Of a stretch of DNA of 64,000 bases, positions 18,977-29,200 are shown one piece after another. The DNA lies in the NCBI GenBank assembly GCA_963667255.1, contig OY762940.1:576001-640000 (forward strand), written 5' to 3'. The DNA comes from Candidatus Cloacimonadota bacterium (lineage in GTDB: Bacteria; Cloacimonadota; Cloacimonadia; G963667145). The notes under the pieces are model-generated. The model saw nothing but the letters and a program-made list of their open reading frames with translations, made no database searches and had not been told where the DNA came from. Every line of letters begins with the position of its first letter. Positions within the stretch are counted from its first letter, which is position 1. The position numbers were made by a program, and so were the translations under genes.

Positions 18977-19068
18977 CTTTATATTTATTTCAAAATTTAT
19001 TTGAGGCTAAAAATCCAAGAATATATGTCAAGCAATAAGTCCTCAAATCCTAGATAAGCTCTCTAAAA
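18977..19068 (-). repeat. Promoter-like direct repeat, copy B (~92 bp)
   Basis: Near-identical to 16975-17065. TTGACA-16bp-TAGCCT is followed by an RBS and the ATG of the repeat-protein gene. Confidence 0.9.
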
Positions 19069-19078
19069 TTTTTTCTAT

Positions 19079-20041
19079 CTATGAAGGGCGATATCTATAT
19101 TTGGTTAATCTTTTCTCGCCTATTTTTATTAAGATTTTATTTTCGACTGCATTTTTCAGGTCGCGACTCGCTGTTGCAGAAGAAATATCTTTATTATGTC
19201 TCATATAATCTTGACGCGAAAATTCATTGTTGCCAATAAAACTTTTGAATAATTCTATTCTATCTTTATCTGTTGGGCTCAATTGTTGGGTTCTCAACAA
19301 ATCTTCAAGAGCGAAGTTAATGATTTCTAACATAAATTCTATAAAAAGGGTAGATTCTCCTAAGCTATTAGATTTTCCAAGAACATTGTAATAGTTCTGT
19401 TGTTTTTCTTTTATCAAAGTTTCAATTGGTAAAAATTCAAATACTGGGGAATACTCTTTTAAAATCACTGTTTGCCATAGTCTTCCCATTCTTCCGTTTC
19501 CATCAATGAATGGATGGATGAATTCAAATTCGTAATGAAACACGCAACTCTTTATCAAGATAATGTCATTGTCGTTTTTTAAATAATCGAATAGATTTTT
19601 TAGTAAAGGGTAAACCATATCTCCAGGAGGAGCCAGATGTGCTAATTGATTTCCTTTTAAAATCCCAACTGCCGTATTTCTTATATTGCCAGCATTATCA
19701 ACGAGGTTATTCATCAGAATTTTGTGAGCCGAACAAAGTGACTTCATATCATAAACTTTGAATTTATTTAGATTTTTGTAAACATTGATGGCATTTTTTA
19801 CCTCTATAATATCTTTTTCAGGGGCTAAAACTTTTTTGTTGTCTAATAAATCCGTTATTTGCTCAATAGTCAGAGTGTTCCCTTCGATTTCTAAAGATGC
19901 TTGAATTGTTTTAATTCTGTTCTTTTTTCTAAGTTCTGTAGGGGGCTTTGTAAGACGAGCAGCCTTTATTTCTCCAATTTTTTCCGAAATGGAAGAGATT
20001 AAATTTAAAATTTTGTTTGTTATTTTATAAGGAGGTTTCAT
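19079..20041 (-). CDS. Fic family protein with C-terminal winged HTH
   Basis: SLEIEGN, canonical HPFIDGNGRMGR Fic motif, C-terminal SRQDY...ISSATASRDL. Confidence 0.93.
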   Translation of the reverse strand: MKPPYKITNKILNLISSISEKIGEIKAARLTKPPTELRKKNRIKTIQASLEIEGNTLTIEQITDLLDNKKVLAPEKDIIEVKNAINVYKNLNKFKVYDMKSLCSAHKILMNNLVDNAGNIRNTAVGILKGNQLAHLAPPGDMVYPLLKNLFDYLKNDNDIILIKSCVFHYEFEFIHPFIDGNGRMGRLWQTVILKEYSPVFEFLPIETLIKEKQQNYYNVLGKSNSLGESTLFIEFMLEIINFALEDLLRTQQLSPTDKDRIELFKSFIGNNEFSRQDYMRHNKDISSATASRDLKNAVENKILIKIGEKRLTKYRYRPS

Positions 20042-20052
20042 TTTTCCAAGTA

Positions 20053-20080
20053 AGTGATAGTATCATATGATACCATCACT
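20053..20080. promoter_or_regulatory. 28-bp palindromic operator upstream of the fic gene
   Basis: AGTGATAGTATCAT|ATGATACCATCACT, 13 of 14 pairs, 11 nt from the fic ATG. Confidence 0.7.
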
Positions 20081-20318
20081 CGTCACTAATTGTTTTGATT
20101 TTTTCATTTTAATTGCTCTATATACCCTTTATTTAATCTATAGTAAAAAATTATGGCTATTGGTCAAGCAAAAACAAGTTGATAGTGTTAAAAATTCAAA
20201 GTAATTTTTCGTCTAAATTTTAATCAGCAAATCTTATTTCCTCTTGCTAATCACGCTGTTTCCCACAATCAATAAAAAAAAGACTTGCTTGGATGAACCG
20301 TGCTAATTTCCTGTCTCT

Positions 20319-20723
20319 ATGTTGAGAAATTATAAAGCGATTATAAAGAAATTTTCTCTGCTCTGCAGGTGCTTTGCCCTTATGTTTATGCTCATTGGGT
20401 GTAAGCCTGCTCCTGTATCCGGTGAGGCGATAAAACTGGATATTGTCAATGGTTGCGGGCAGATAGACGCCGCTATCCAGTTCAAGGAGGTCGTCCCTAC
20501 CGATAAGCTTATGGTTCTCTCCATCAGTAACGCTTCCAATTTTAATTACGACAAGACGATTATCGTCAGTCATACGGAAGACAAGGTGGAGATTAATATA
20601 GTGAAAACTTTGCTCAAAATCGATGAAGTGGTGGTTATAATTGACACGGTGAGTGTTACGAAATTCACGGTTTACTTGGGTAACGATTATAAAAAAATTA
20701 TAGAAAGGATTAGAAATGACTGA
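20319..20723 (+). CDS. LytR C-terminal domain-like exported protein
   Basis: Hydrophobic leader ending LIGC, IKLDIVNGCG...AA, NA..F.YDKT.I, TVYLG.DY. Upstream of rsfS. Start uncertain. Confidence 0.6.
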   Translation: MLRNYKAIIKKFSLLCRCFALMFMLIGCKPAPVSGEAIKLDIVNGCGQIDAAIQFKEVVPTDKLMVLSISNASNFNYDKTIIVSHTEDKVEINIVKTLLKIDEVVVIIDTVSVTKFTVYLGNDYKKIIERIRND

Positions 20724-21027
20724 AAAATTAGTGTTGTGGTTGGATGAAATGAAGGCTATTGATATCAAACAATACGACCTAAGACAAAAGGTTTCTTATG
20801 CGGATATGGTGGTGGTGTGCACTGCCAAAAACGAAAATCATGCGAAAGCGATTGCCGAGTATCTTTTGGAGAAGTCGAAAGAGTCCGGTATAGCGATATT
20901 TAATAAAGAAGGGTTTGGCTCCAAATGGGTGCTGTTGGATTATTCGGAAGTGATAGTGCACATCTTCTTGGAGGAGACCAGAAAATATTACGATTTAGAG
21001 AATTTTTGGAGTGGGACGAATGATTAA
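20716..21027 (+). CDS. rsfS: Ribosome silencing factor RsfS
   Basis: KAIDI...D, EG...KWVLLDY..VIVHIF....R.YYDLE.FW. Confidence 0.93.
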   Translation: MTEKLVLWLDEMKAIDIKQYDLRQKVSYADMVVVCTAKNENHAKAIAEYLLEKSKESGIAIFNKEGFGSKWVLLDYSEVIVHIFLEETRKYYDLENFWSGTND

Positions 21028-22660
21028 AGAGATAATTGCTCAAGATTTGTTGGAATGCTTGCAGGGGCTAAAAATAGAGCCGAAAAAGGTGCTGGTGCTG
21101 GATGCTGACCCCAAATTTGGCGACTATAGCTCCAATGTGGCTATGGTGCATGCGAAAAGTGCCGGAATGACGATTGATGAACTTGCTGACAAGATAGTTG
21201 CGAAAATGAAAAAGAGCAAATATTATAAGAAAGTCGAACTTGCTAAGGGTGGCTTTATCAATTTTGTTTTGGATAGCAAGATTTATCACAATGCTTTGAT
21301 TGAAGTGGAGAAGAGCAATTTTGCAGGACTGAATTATGGTCAGGGCAAGAAAGTTTTGGTGGAATTCGTCAGTGCAAATCCGACCGGTCCATTGAACATC
21401 GTGAGTGCCAGAGCCGCTTCTTACGGGGACACTCTTTGTTCCGTGATGAATTTCATCGGATACGAAGCCACCAGAGAGTTCTATGTCAACGATTACGGCA
21501 ACCAAATAGACATCTTGGCTGAGTCGATAGAGATTCGCTACAAGGAAATCTTGAGTGGTGTTGAGCAGGAATTTCCTATTGAGGCTTACCACGGCGAGTA
21601 TGTGAAAGATATTGCCCAAAAAATTGTGGATATTGAGGGCTCGAAACTCCTTTCTTTTTCCAACGAAGACCGCGAACGCCGTATCAAAAAATTTGCTCTT
21701 TATGAGATGATGAAGTCGCAAAGAAACTCTCTGACCGCTTTTCGTGTGGAGTTTGACAATTGGGTGTCCGAGAAGGCTCTGCGAGAGGACAATATGGTGG
21801 AGGAAGCTCTCAGCTATCTCTCCGAAGCGGGTTACACTTACGAGAGAGACGAAGCTGTTTGGTTCAAGTCCACTATCTTTGGGGACGAAAAGGATAGAAT
21901 TTTGATGAAGTCCGATGGGAACACCACTTACTTTGTGCCGGATATTGGCTACCATATCAACAAATATCAAAGAGGTTATGACATCCTAATAGATGTGCTT
22001 GGTCCTGACCATCACGGCTATCTGAAGAGAATGGAAGCGGCGATGAAAGCTATCGGATACCCTACGGAGAAGTTGGAGTTTATTATCTTGCAACAGGTAA
22101 ATCTCTATGAAGGCAATGAGTTAATCAAGATGAGCAAGCGAGATGGCAAGATTATCAAGATGGATGAGTTGATAAAAGAGGTTGGCACGGATGCCGCCAG
22201 ATTTTTCTTCTTAGACCGCAAAATCTCTTCGCATGTCAATTTCGATATGGAGTTGGCGAAGAAGAAAAGCAACGATAATCCTGTTTACTATTGCCAATAC
22301 GCACACGCTCGGATTGCCAGTCTCATCAAGAAAGCTAAGAAAGAGAAGATTCTTTTGAACAAGTTCAAAAAAGAGGATTTGTTAAAACTGACGGGGAAGC
22401 AAGAGATATCTTTGATGAAGAAGATTTTGCAATTTCCGGAGATTTTGGATGCCGTGGCGACTACTCGCGAGCCGAACAAATTGACTAATTACACCTACGA
22501 TTTGGCAGGGTTGTATCACAAATATTACGGCTCCAGTAAGATGATAAATAATGAGAAGCCGGAGCTCACAATCGCAAGGCTTTATCTGTCTTCATGTGTG
22601 AAAATGACTTTGGGGAAAGCTTTGGAATTGATGGGTATTTCCGCTCCTGAAAAAATGTAA
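21020..22660 (+). CDS. argS: Arginine--tRNA ligase
   Basis: GDYSSN.AM, GFINF, VEFVSANPTGPL, YVND.G.Q, GDEKDR, G.DHHGY, KMSKR, YCQYAHAR, C-terminal MGISAPEKM. Confidence 0.96.
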   Translation: MIKEIIAQDLLECLQGLKIEPKKVLVLDADPKFGDYSSNVAMVHAKSAGMTIDELADKIVAKMKKSKYYKKVELAKGGFINFVLDSKIYHNALIEVEKSNFAGLNYGQGKKVLVEFVSANPTGPLNIVSARAASYGDTLCSVMNFIGYEATREFYVNDYGNQIDILAESIEIRYKEILSGVEQEFPIEAYHGEYVKDIAQKIVDIEGSKLLSFSNEDRERRIKKFALYEMMKSQRNSLTAFRVEFDNWVSEKALREDNMVEEALSYLSEAGYTYERDEAVWFKSTIFGDEKDRILMKSDGNTTYFVPDIGYHINKYQRGYDILIDVLGPDHHGYLKRMEAAMKAIGYPTEKLEFIILQQVNLYEGNELIKMSKRDGKIIKMDELIKEVGTDAARFFFLDRKISSHVNFDMELAKKKSNDNPVYYCQYAHARIASLIKKAKKEKILLNKFKKEDLLKLTGKQEISLMKKILQFPEILDAVATTREPNKLTNYTYDLAGLYHKYYGSSKMINNEKPELTIARLYLSSCVKMTLGKALELMGISAPEKM

Positions 22661-22682
22661 ATAAATTTTTAGAGAGGAAGTC

Positions 22683-23912
22683 ATGAAAAAAAAATCTTTG
22701 TCATGGGTGAGAGGTAAATTGGCAAAAAGTGATTTGCCACGCAAAATGTTTCCGATAGAGGTTGCCAGAGAAGCGAGGAAGTTTCACAGGCAAATCCCCG
22801 GATACAGCATTTCGCCTCTTAGATCTTTGCAAAATTTGGCTCAAATGTTTGGTGTTGGTGGTATTTGGACTAAGGACGAGGCTGTTCGCTTGGAGTTGAA
22901 CTCTTTTAAGGTTTTGGGCGGTTCGTTTGCTATTTATCAATTTGTGAAAGAGAAGTTGGGCATCGATGAGGCTAAAATGAGTTACGAATTTCTTATCTCC
23001 GATGAGGTTAAGAAGAAACTCGGAACGATAACTTTTGCTTCTGCTACAGATGGCAATCATGGGCGAGGTGTTGCTTGGGCTGCCAAGAAACTTGGTCACA
23101 AATGTGAAATCTATGTGCATGCTGGAACTTCGCAAAGACGAATTGACGCTATAAAAGGTTATGGTGCTAATGTTACCGTCATCAGCGGAAACTATGATAA
23201 AGCAGTTAGGCAATGTATGAAGGATGCCGAGAAGAACGGTTGGGAGGTAATCTCCGACACTTCATGGGACGGTTACGAAGCTGTTCCCACTTGGATTATG
23301 CAAGGCTATACCACGATGATGAGTGAGATACAGGAGCAGTTCTCCGCTCAAGGCATCATCAAGCCGACTCATATTTTCGTGCAAGCAGGAGTTGGTGCTT
23401 TGGCTTGTGCGGTTATCGGTTTTTACAACAGCTTATTTCCCGATGACCCACCTATTTCCGTGGTCGTTGAGCCGGATAACGCAGCTTGCCTTTACTATTC
23501 CGCCAAGGTTGGCGACGGTTTGCCTCACACTGTGGACGGTTCTCTTTCCACGATTATGGCAGGTTTGGCTTGCGGAGAGCCCAGTCCGATAGCTTGGGAT
23601 TTGTTGAAAGACCATGTAAACGGATTTTTGTCTTGTCCCGATTATATTGCGGCTAAAGGGATGCGGATTTACGCTACTCCGCTGAAAGGCGACCCGTTCA
23701 TCGTTTCGGGTGAGTCTGGAGCGGTTACGCTTGGAGCGTTGATTACTATCCTCAAGGAGAAAGATTTTGTGAAATTGAAATCCGAATTGAAATTGGATGA
23801 GAACTCTCAGATTCTTTTGATAAACACCGAGGGGAACACCGACCCTGTTTTGTTCCGTCAAGTGATATGGGAAGGAGCAAATCCTGTGCCGAGTGACCAC
23901 TGGACTGAGTAG
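22683..23912 (+). CDS. dpaL: Diaminopropionate ammonia-lyase (YgeX/DpaL family)
   Basis: KDE..R..LNSFKVLG, ATDGNHGRGVAW, SDTSW.GY, QAGVG, TIMAGLACGEP, SGESGA, NTEG.TDP. Confidence 0.92.
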   Translation: MKKKSLSWVRGKLAKSDLPRKMFPIEVAREARKFHRQIPGYSISPLRSLQNLAQMFGVGGIWTKDEAVRLELNSFKVLGGSFAIYQFVKEKLGIDEAKMSYEFLISDEVKKKLGTITFASATDGNHGRGVAWAAKKLGHKCEIYVHAGTSQRRIDAIKGYGANVTVISGNYDKAVRQCMKDAEKNGWEVISDTSWDGYEAVPTWIMQGYTTMMSEIQEQFSAQGIIKPTHIFVQAGVGALACAVIGFYNSLFPDDPPISVVVEPDNAACLYYSAKVGDGLPHTVDGSLSTIMAGLACGEPSPIAWDLLKDHVNGFLSCPDYIAAKGMRIYATPLKGDPFIVSGESGAVTLGALITILKEKDFVKLKSELKLDENSQILLINTEGNTDPVLFRQVIWEGANPVPSDHWTE

Positions 23913-23922
23913 AGCTTTTTTG

Positions 23923-23963
23923 AAAAAAACTTCTTTGCTTTAAAAAGGTGAAGAAGTTTTTTT
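23923..23963 (+). terminator. Intrinsic terminator after dpaL
   Basis: AAAAAAACTTCTT...AAGAAGTTTTTTT inverted repeat ending in a T run. Confidence 0.65.
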
Positions 23964-23997
23964 ATTTAAAGTGTATTCCCACTGTTAGTTTTGAGAT

Positions 23998-24779
23998 TTG
24001 GTAAAAGAGATGATTGAAAATTATTATGATAGCAGGTTTGAGTTAGGGCATTTTGAGATGAATGAATTAGGGATAGCATCTCCGGTTACGATGTTGACAC
24101 TTTTGGAGGAAACAGCAGCCGACCACTGTCTTTTTGCTGGTCATGGCTTATATGAATTGGAAAGTCAAAAAATAGGCTGGGTTTTAATTTCCGGCTTTCT
24201 TCAAATGGATAGATACCCTCGCTATAAAGAGAAAATCGTTATTCGAACTTGGATATCCAGCTATACCTCTATCAAGGGTTTTCGAGAAAACATAATATAC
24301 GATGAAAGTAACAACATTTTGGGAAGAGGGAAAAGTATTTGGGTTTTTTTTGATATTGAGAAAAGGAGACCGACAAGAATCTTTGAAGATATTAAAACCA
24401 AATGGTCATCTTGCAGTGTGGAAAGTATTGATAAGGACATTTCCAGAAGATTGCGGGAGTTGAGGATTTTGATTGGTCAAAGCAGTTCAAGGTTAACAGA
24501 TACGATACGGATATTTACGGACATCTGAATAATATTCGATATTTGCAATGGGTAGTCGAATCGATACCGGAAGAAATCTATATTAATCACTATTTATATT
24601 CAATTGATGGCAGATTTACTGCCGAGGCACAACTTGGGCAAACAGTTGTATCGCTGACCAAAAATGAATCTGTGAGAAATCTCAACGATGACAAAATGTT
24701 TTCTCATACAATAAAAATTTCCACAGAGGATAAAATTTGTGCGACTGCTAAAACTGTTTGGAAGAAAATAAAAGCATAA
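23998..24779 (+). pseudogene. Acyl-ACP thioesterase (FatA/B-like) split by a 1-nt frameshift near 24445
   Basis: First hotdog domain is in ORF 23998-24528. The catalytic segment VNRYDTDIYGHLNNIRYLQW lies in the frame of ORF 24543-24779 but upstream of its start. Confidence 0.85.
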
Positions 24780-24801
24780 AAAACAACGATTTTAAAGATT
24801 T

Positions 24802-24830
24802 TTCGCCATTTTGGCGGGGAAGTTTTTTTT
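24802..24830. terminator. Possible terminator between convergent thioesterase and ecfT genes
   Basis: TTCGCCA-TTT-TGGCGGG hairpin followed by a T run. Confidence 0.5.
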
Positions 24831-24832
24831 GT

Positions 24833-25444
24833 TCAAAATGAGCGAGCTTCCAGAGATTTGCTGAGTTTATCGGCGGTTTCCAAGCAGATTATCAGGAACG
24901 GATACAGCTTGTAGATTATTCGTTTGAATGGATTGAGGTTGTAGATTCTCGACTTTTGAGCCATTTCCAATTGTCTGTATTTGTGGAACACAATGGGAAT
25001 GAGAGAGAACACCACAAAGATTGTCAGGAAGATTGTCCGTTGCCACGGCTTATACCAGCAGAAAAAGGTAGCGACACTTCTCGCTATCTGATAGGGAGTG
25101 GTGCTGAACACAAAGAAGATGTTGATTATCAAGATGATAGTCAGGCGAGTTGTGTAAATCAGTGGCGATGCCAGTTGTGCAAAATCGAAATGCAGATAGT
25201 CGAGATTGAATAGTGAGCTGAGAAAGAAAATAGTTACGAAGAACGAGATAATCTGTTTCCAGCCGTTTATTCTCCACAAAAGTTTGGCAACGAGCAGGAT
25301 AGTTAGAGCCGCAAAAATTGCTTGAGTGCTTGCTTTGAAAAGCAGATAGGAGCTAAGCCCTATGAAGATAAGTTTCAGCAGAGACGGGATTTTGTGCAGA
25401 ATAGTAGGCTTCGAATTGTAGCAAAAGATTTTCATAAGAGCCAA
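24833..25444 (-). CDS. ECF transporter transmembrane component T (BioN-like)
   Basis: LHKIP...KL, STTP..I, AQKSR and LEAR conserved Arg motifs. Confidence 0.85.
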   Translation of the reverse strand: MALMKIFCYNSKPTILHKIPSLLKLIFIGLSSYLLFKASTQAIFAALTILLVAKLLWRINGWKQIISFFVTIFFLSSLFNLDYLHFDFAQLASPLIYTTRLTIILIINIFFVFSTTPYQIARSVATFFCWYKPWQRTIFLTIFVVFSLIPIVFHKYRQLEMAQKSRIYNLNPFKRIIYKLYPFLIICLETADKLSKSLEARSF

Positions 25445-26157
25445 GAAGCTTTTTGTGGGTTATGCGGTCTCTTTATCCCCCAACCTTGCAGTTTGTCCAT
25501 AGCTTGCAGTTTGTCGCCATCGTAAACCACTGTTCCGTCGTGAATTATCATAAGCCGTGTTGCGTGATAGAGGACTTTGTCCAAGTCGTGCGAGATGACG
25601 ATGATGGTAATTCCTTGGTTGTGCAAATCCACCAAAGTTTGCAAAATCATCTGCACTCCGGGGTAGTCCAAGCCGATGAAAGGTTCGTCCAAGATTAAGA
25701 TTTTCGGCTTTTGTGCCAAGATGGAGGCTATGGTCACTTTCTTCAGTTGACCGCCAGAGAGATGAAACGGCGAGCGGTCTTTCAGATGATAGATGTCCAT
25801 TTTCTTCAAAATCTCTTCCGCAGATTGCTCTGGATTTGGCTCTTTGGATTGCTTGATGGCGAAACTCACCTCTTCCATCACGGTTTGGCAAAAAATCTGC
25901 GTATTTGCTTCTTGGAAGACCAAGCCGATTTTCTTCTTAGCTTCTTTGTTTATCCCCAGTTTCTTGTTTTCAAAATAGATTTCGCCTTCACTGGGCTTTA
26001 CTAATCCCCCGAGATGGAGCATCGTGACGGTTTTCCCCGAGCCGTTCTTACCTGCTATCAGTAGAAATTCGCCCTCTTCCACAGCAAAATTTATATCGGA
26101 CAGAATGGTTTTGCCATCGATTTTTTTGGAGAGATTTCTGACTTCCAGCAGGGGCAT
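25432..26157 (-). CDS. ECF transporter ATPase (BioM-like)
   Basis: GKNGSGKT, VFQ, LSGGQ, LDEPF.GLD, ISHD. Confidence 0.92.
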   Translation of the reverse strand: MPLLEVRNLSKKIDGKTILSDINFAVEEGEFLLIAGKNGSGKTVTMLHLGGLVKPSEGEIYFENKKLGINKEAKKKIGLVFQEANTQIFCQTVMEEVSFAIKQSKEPNPEQSAEEILKKMDIYHLKDRSPFHLSGGQLKKVTIASILAQKPKILILDEPFIGLDYPGVQMILQTLVDLHNQGITIIVISHDLDKVLYHATRLMIIHDGTVVYDGDKLQAMDKLQGWGIKRPHNPQKASWLL

Positions 26158-26158
26158 T

Positions 26159-26689
26159 TTACAGGCTCTCTTTGAAGTATGGCTTGCTCATTTTGACGAG
26201 GATAGCTGCTACAACGGCTTTGAGGATATCGCCGAAGACGAATGGATAAAAGCCGATGCTCAAGGTTTTGGCAATCGTCCAATCCGCTCCGATGCTGGTT
26301 TTCAGCCAAATTAGCCCGACAGGATAGATGCACAGAGCCGAGATGATTGTTACTATTAGAAAGCCGACTAAGTTCTCGGGTGTGACTTTTTTCAGCAGAT
26401 TTCCTACTATCACACAGAGCAAATAGCCGACGATATATCCACCCGTTGGACCAAGAATGACAGCGATTCCGCCTTTTCCCATAGAGAATACCGGCAGTCC
26501 CAACATTCCTAAAATCACATAGATGACTATCGCCAAGAATGAGGAACGCAAGTCGAGGAGCAGAACGCCGAGCAGGATGAAGAGATTTGTGAGCACTATC
26601 GGCACGGGACCTATAGGCACGACAGTGTATGAGCCGATGATGAAAAACACTACGAATAAGGCAGTTACGGTTATTTTTTTGTAATTCAT
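26159..26689 (-). CDS. bioY: Biotin transporter S component BioY
   Basis: IGPVPI.L, G..GLPVF..G.GG....GPTGGY..G, PF..GD..K. Confidence 0.93.
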   Translation of the reverse strand: MNYKKITVTALFVVFFIIGSYTVVPIGPVPIVLTNLFILLGVLLLDLRSSFLAIVIYVILGMLGLPVFSMGKGGIAVILGPTGGYIVGYLLCVIVGNLLKKVTPENLVGFLIVTIISALCIYPVGLIWLKTSIGADWTIAKTLSIGFYPFVFGDILKAVVAAILVKMSKPYFKESL

Positions 26690-26696
26690 TTCAATC

Positions 26697-27233
26697 CTAT
26701 TTAATATTTCCCAGAAAACTCAAAATTGTGTTTCCTGCTTTGATTTCCTTGAACAAGTTAAAATTGCTATTTGTGATTGGTTCTTTTGCAGAGTGTTCCA
26801 CGACGATAATTCCCTTTGGTGCCAATGTTTTCTTTTCATAGATTAAATCCAAAACAGGTGAGAGCAAGTTGTGTTCGTATGGTGGGTCTAAAAAAATTAA
26901 GTCAAAAGCATCCGTATTTTTTTTCAAAAAAGATTCTGCGGTTTTCTTTTGGATTTTGCAACTTGAAGCAACGCCAAGTTTGGCGATATTTTTTTTTATA
27001 GTGGACAGGGAGTCAGCTGATATGTCAACAAACTGAGCAGAACTCGCACCACGACTGACAGCCTCCAGCCCCAATCCTCCGAAACCGGCGAACAAATCCA
27101 AGACAGCCTTGCCATCGCACGAGCCGATAACAGCGAAAATCCTCTCTTTTATTGAGTCGGCTGTCGGTCTGACATTGGAAGATTTTGAGGAAAAAAGCCT
27201 AAATCCTTTGAAGTTGCCTGAGATGATACGCAT
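26697..27233 (-). CDS. rsmD: 16S rRNA m2G966 methyltransferase
   Basis: MRIISG.FKG, RPT....KE..F, LDLFAG.G.LGLEA.SRGA, FLDPPY. Confidence 0.93.
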   Translation of the reverse strand: MRIISGNFKGFRLFSSKSSNVRPTADSIKERIFAVIGSCDGKAVLDLFAGFGGLGLEAVSRGASSAQFVDISADSLSTIKKNIAKLGVASSCKIQKKTAESFLKKNTDAFDLIFLDPPYEHNLLSPVLDLIYEKKTLAPKGIIVVEHSAKEPITNSNFNLFKEIKAGNTILSFLGNIK

Positions 27234-27242
27234 TTTGGAGAA

Positions 27243-27899
27243 TTATAGGTTGAGCATTTTTTTTAGCATACCTATCGTTATTTGATTTAGTTTCAAGTCC
27301 GAGTCGAGCTTTTCTCCGGCTTCGTTCAGGAGTTCGGCGATGTTCATCTCCTCGAAGTTTTTGGCTTTGCGGTTATCGTTTTCAGAGCTGTTATCTGTTT
27401 GCTTTACAGGAGCTTTGCTCTCTTGAGTTTCGATAGGCGGAACAGTATAGGGCAATTCAGGACTCTTTTTGAAATCGTCCAAAGTAATGCCCTCATCCAA
27501 GTCGTAGGGCAAATCTTCAAGGGTCTCTTTTTTGGGATTGCTTTTTTCGATAGGTGCTACTTTTATCTCTTCTTTAGTAGTTTCTTTGGGCTCAGTCTCC
27601 ACAGAATTTTCGTCAACTTGTTCATCAATAGGCGTATGCTCTACCTGCTCCAAAGTCAATTTTTTGTATTCGTAATCGGGCAAAATATTGAGATTTCGCA
27701 GTTGCTCTTTGGAAAAAATCGAGAGAATGAGAGGATTGTATCTCAGACTGACATTGGCGAAAACCTTTTTGTCGAGCTCTTTAACTTTTTTTCGGGCGAA
27801 TTTGTCCTTGTCGGCAAGCATCTGATACACTCCCATAGCGTGCGTAAACTCGCCTTGTTTCTCGTAGAGTTTAGCCATAGTCAGCGTGGGAGTTATCAT
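27243..27899 (-). CDS. Hypothetical protein with an N-terminal TPR-like motif and an acidic linker
   Basis: TLTMAKLYEKQG....A..VY..L, then an E/K/P-rich disordered region. In operon. Confidence 0.7.
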   Translation of the reverse strand: MITPTLTMAKLYEKQGEFTHAMGVYQMLADKDKFARKKVKELDKKVFANVSLRYNPLILSIFSKEQLRNLNILPDYEYKKLTLEQVEHTPIDEQVDENSVETEPKETTKEEIKVAPIEKSNPKKETLEDLPYDLDEGITLDDFKKSPELPYTVPPIETQESKAPVKQTDNSSENDNRKAKNFEEMNIAELLNEAGEKLDSDLKLNQITIGMLKKMLNL

Positions 27900-27918
27900 C
27901 AGTCGTTACCTTTGCGAA

Positions 27919-29193
<1,275 letters not shown>

Positions 29194-29200
29194 TTAATCC

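Noticed and set aside
14671..20080. Prophage, IS or integrase-encoding island
   Set aside because: No integrase, transposase or phage gene in the block or elsewhere in the window.
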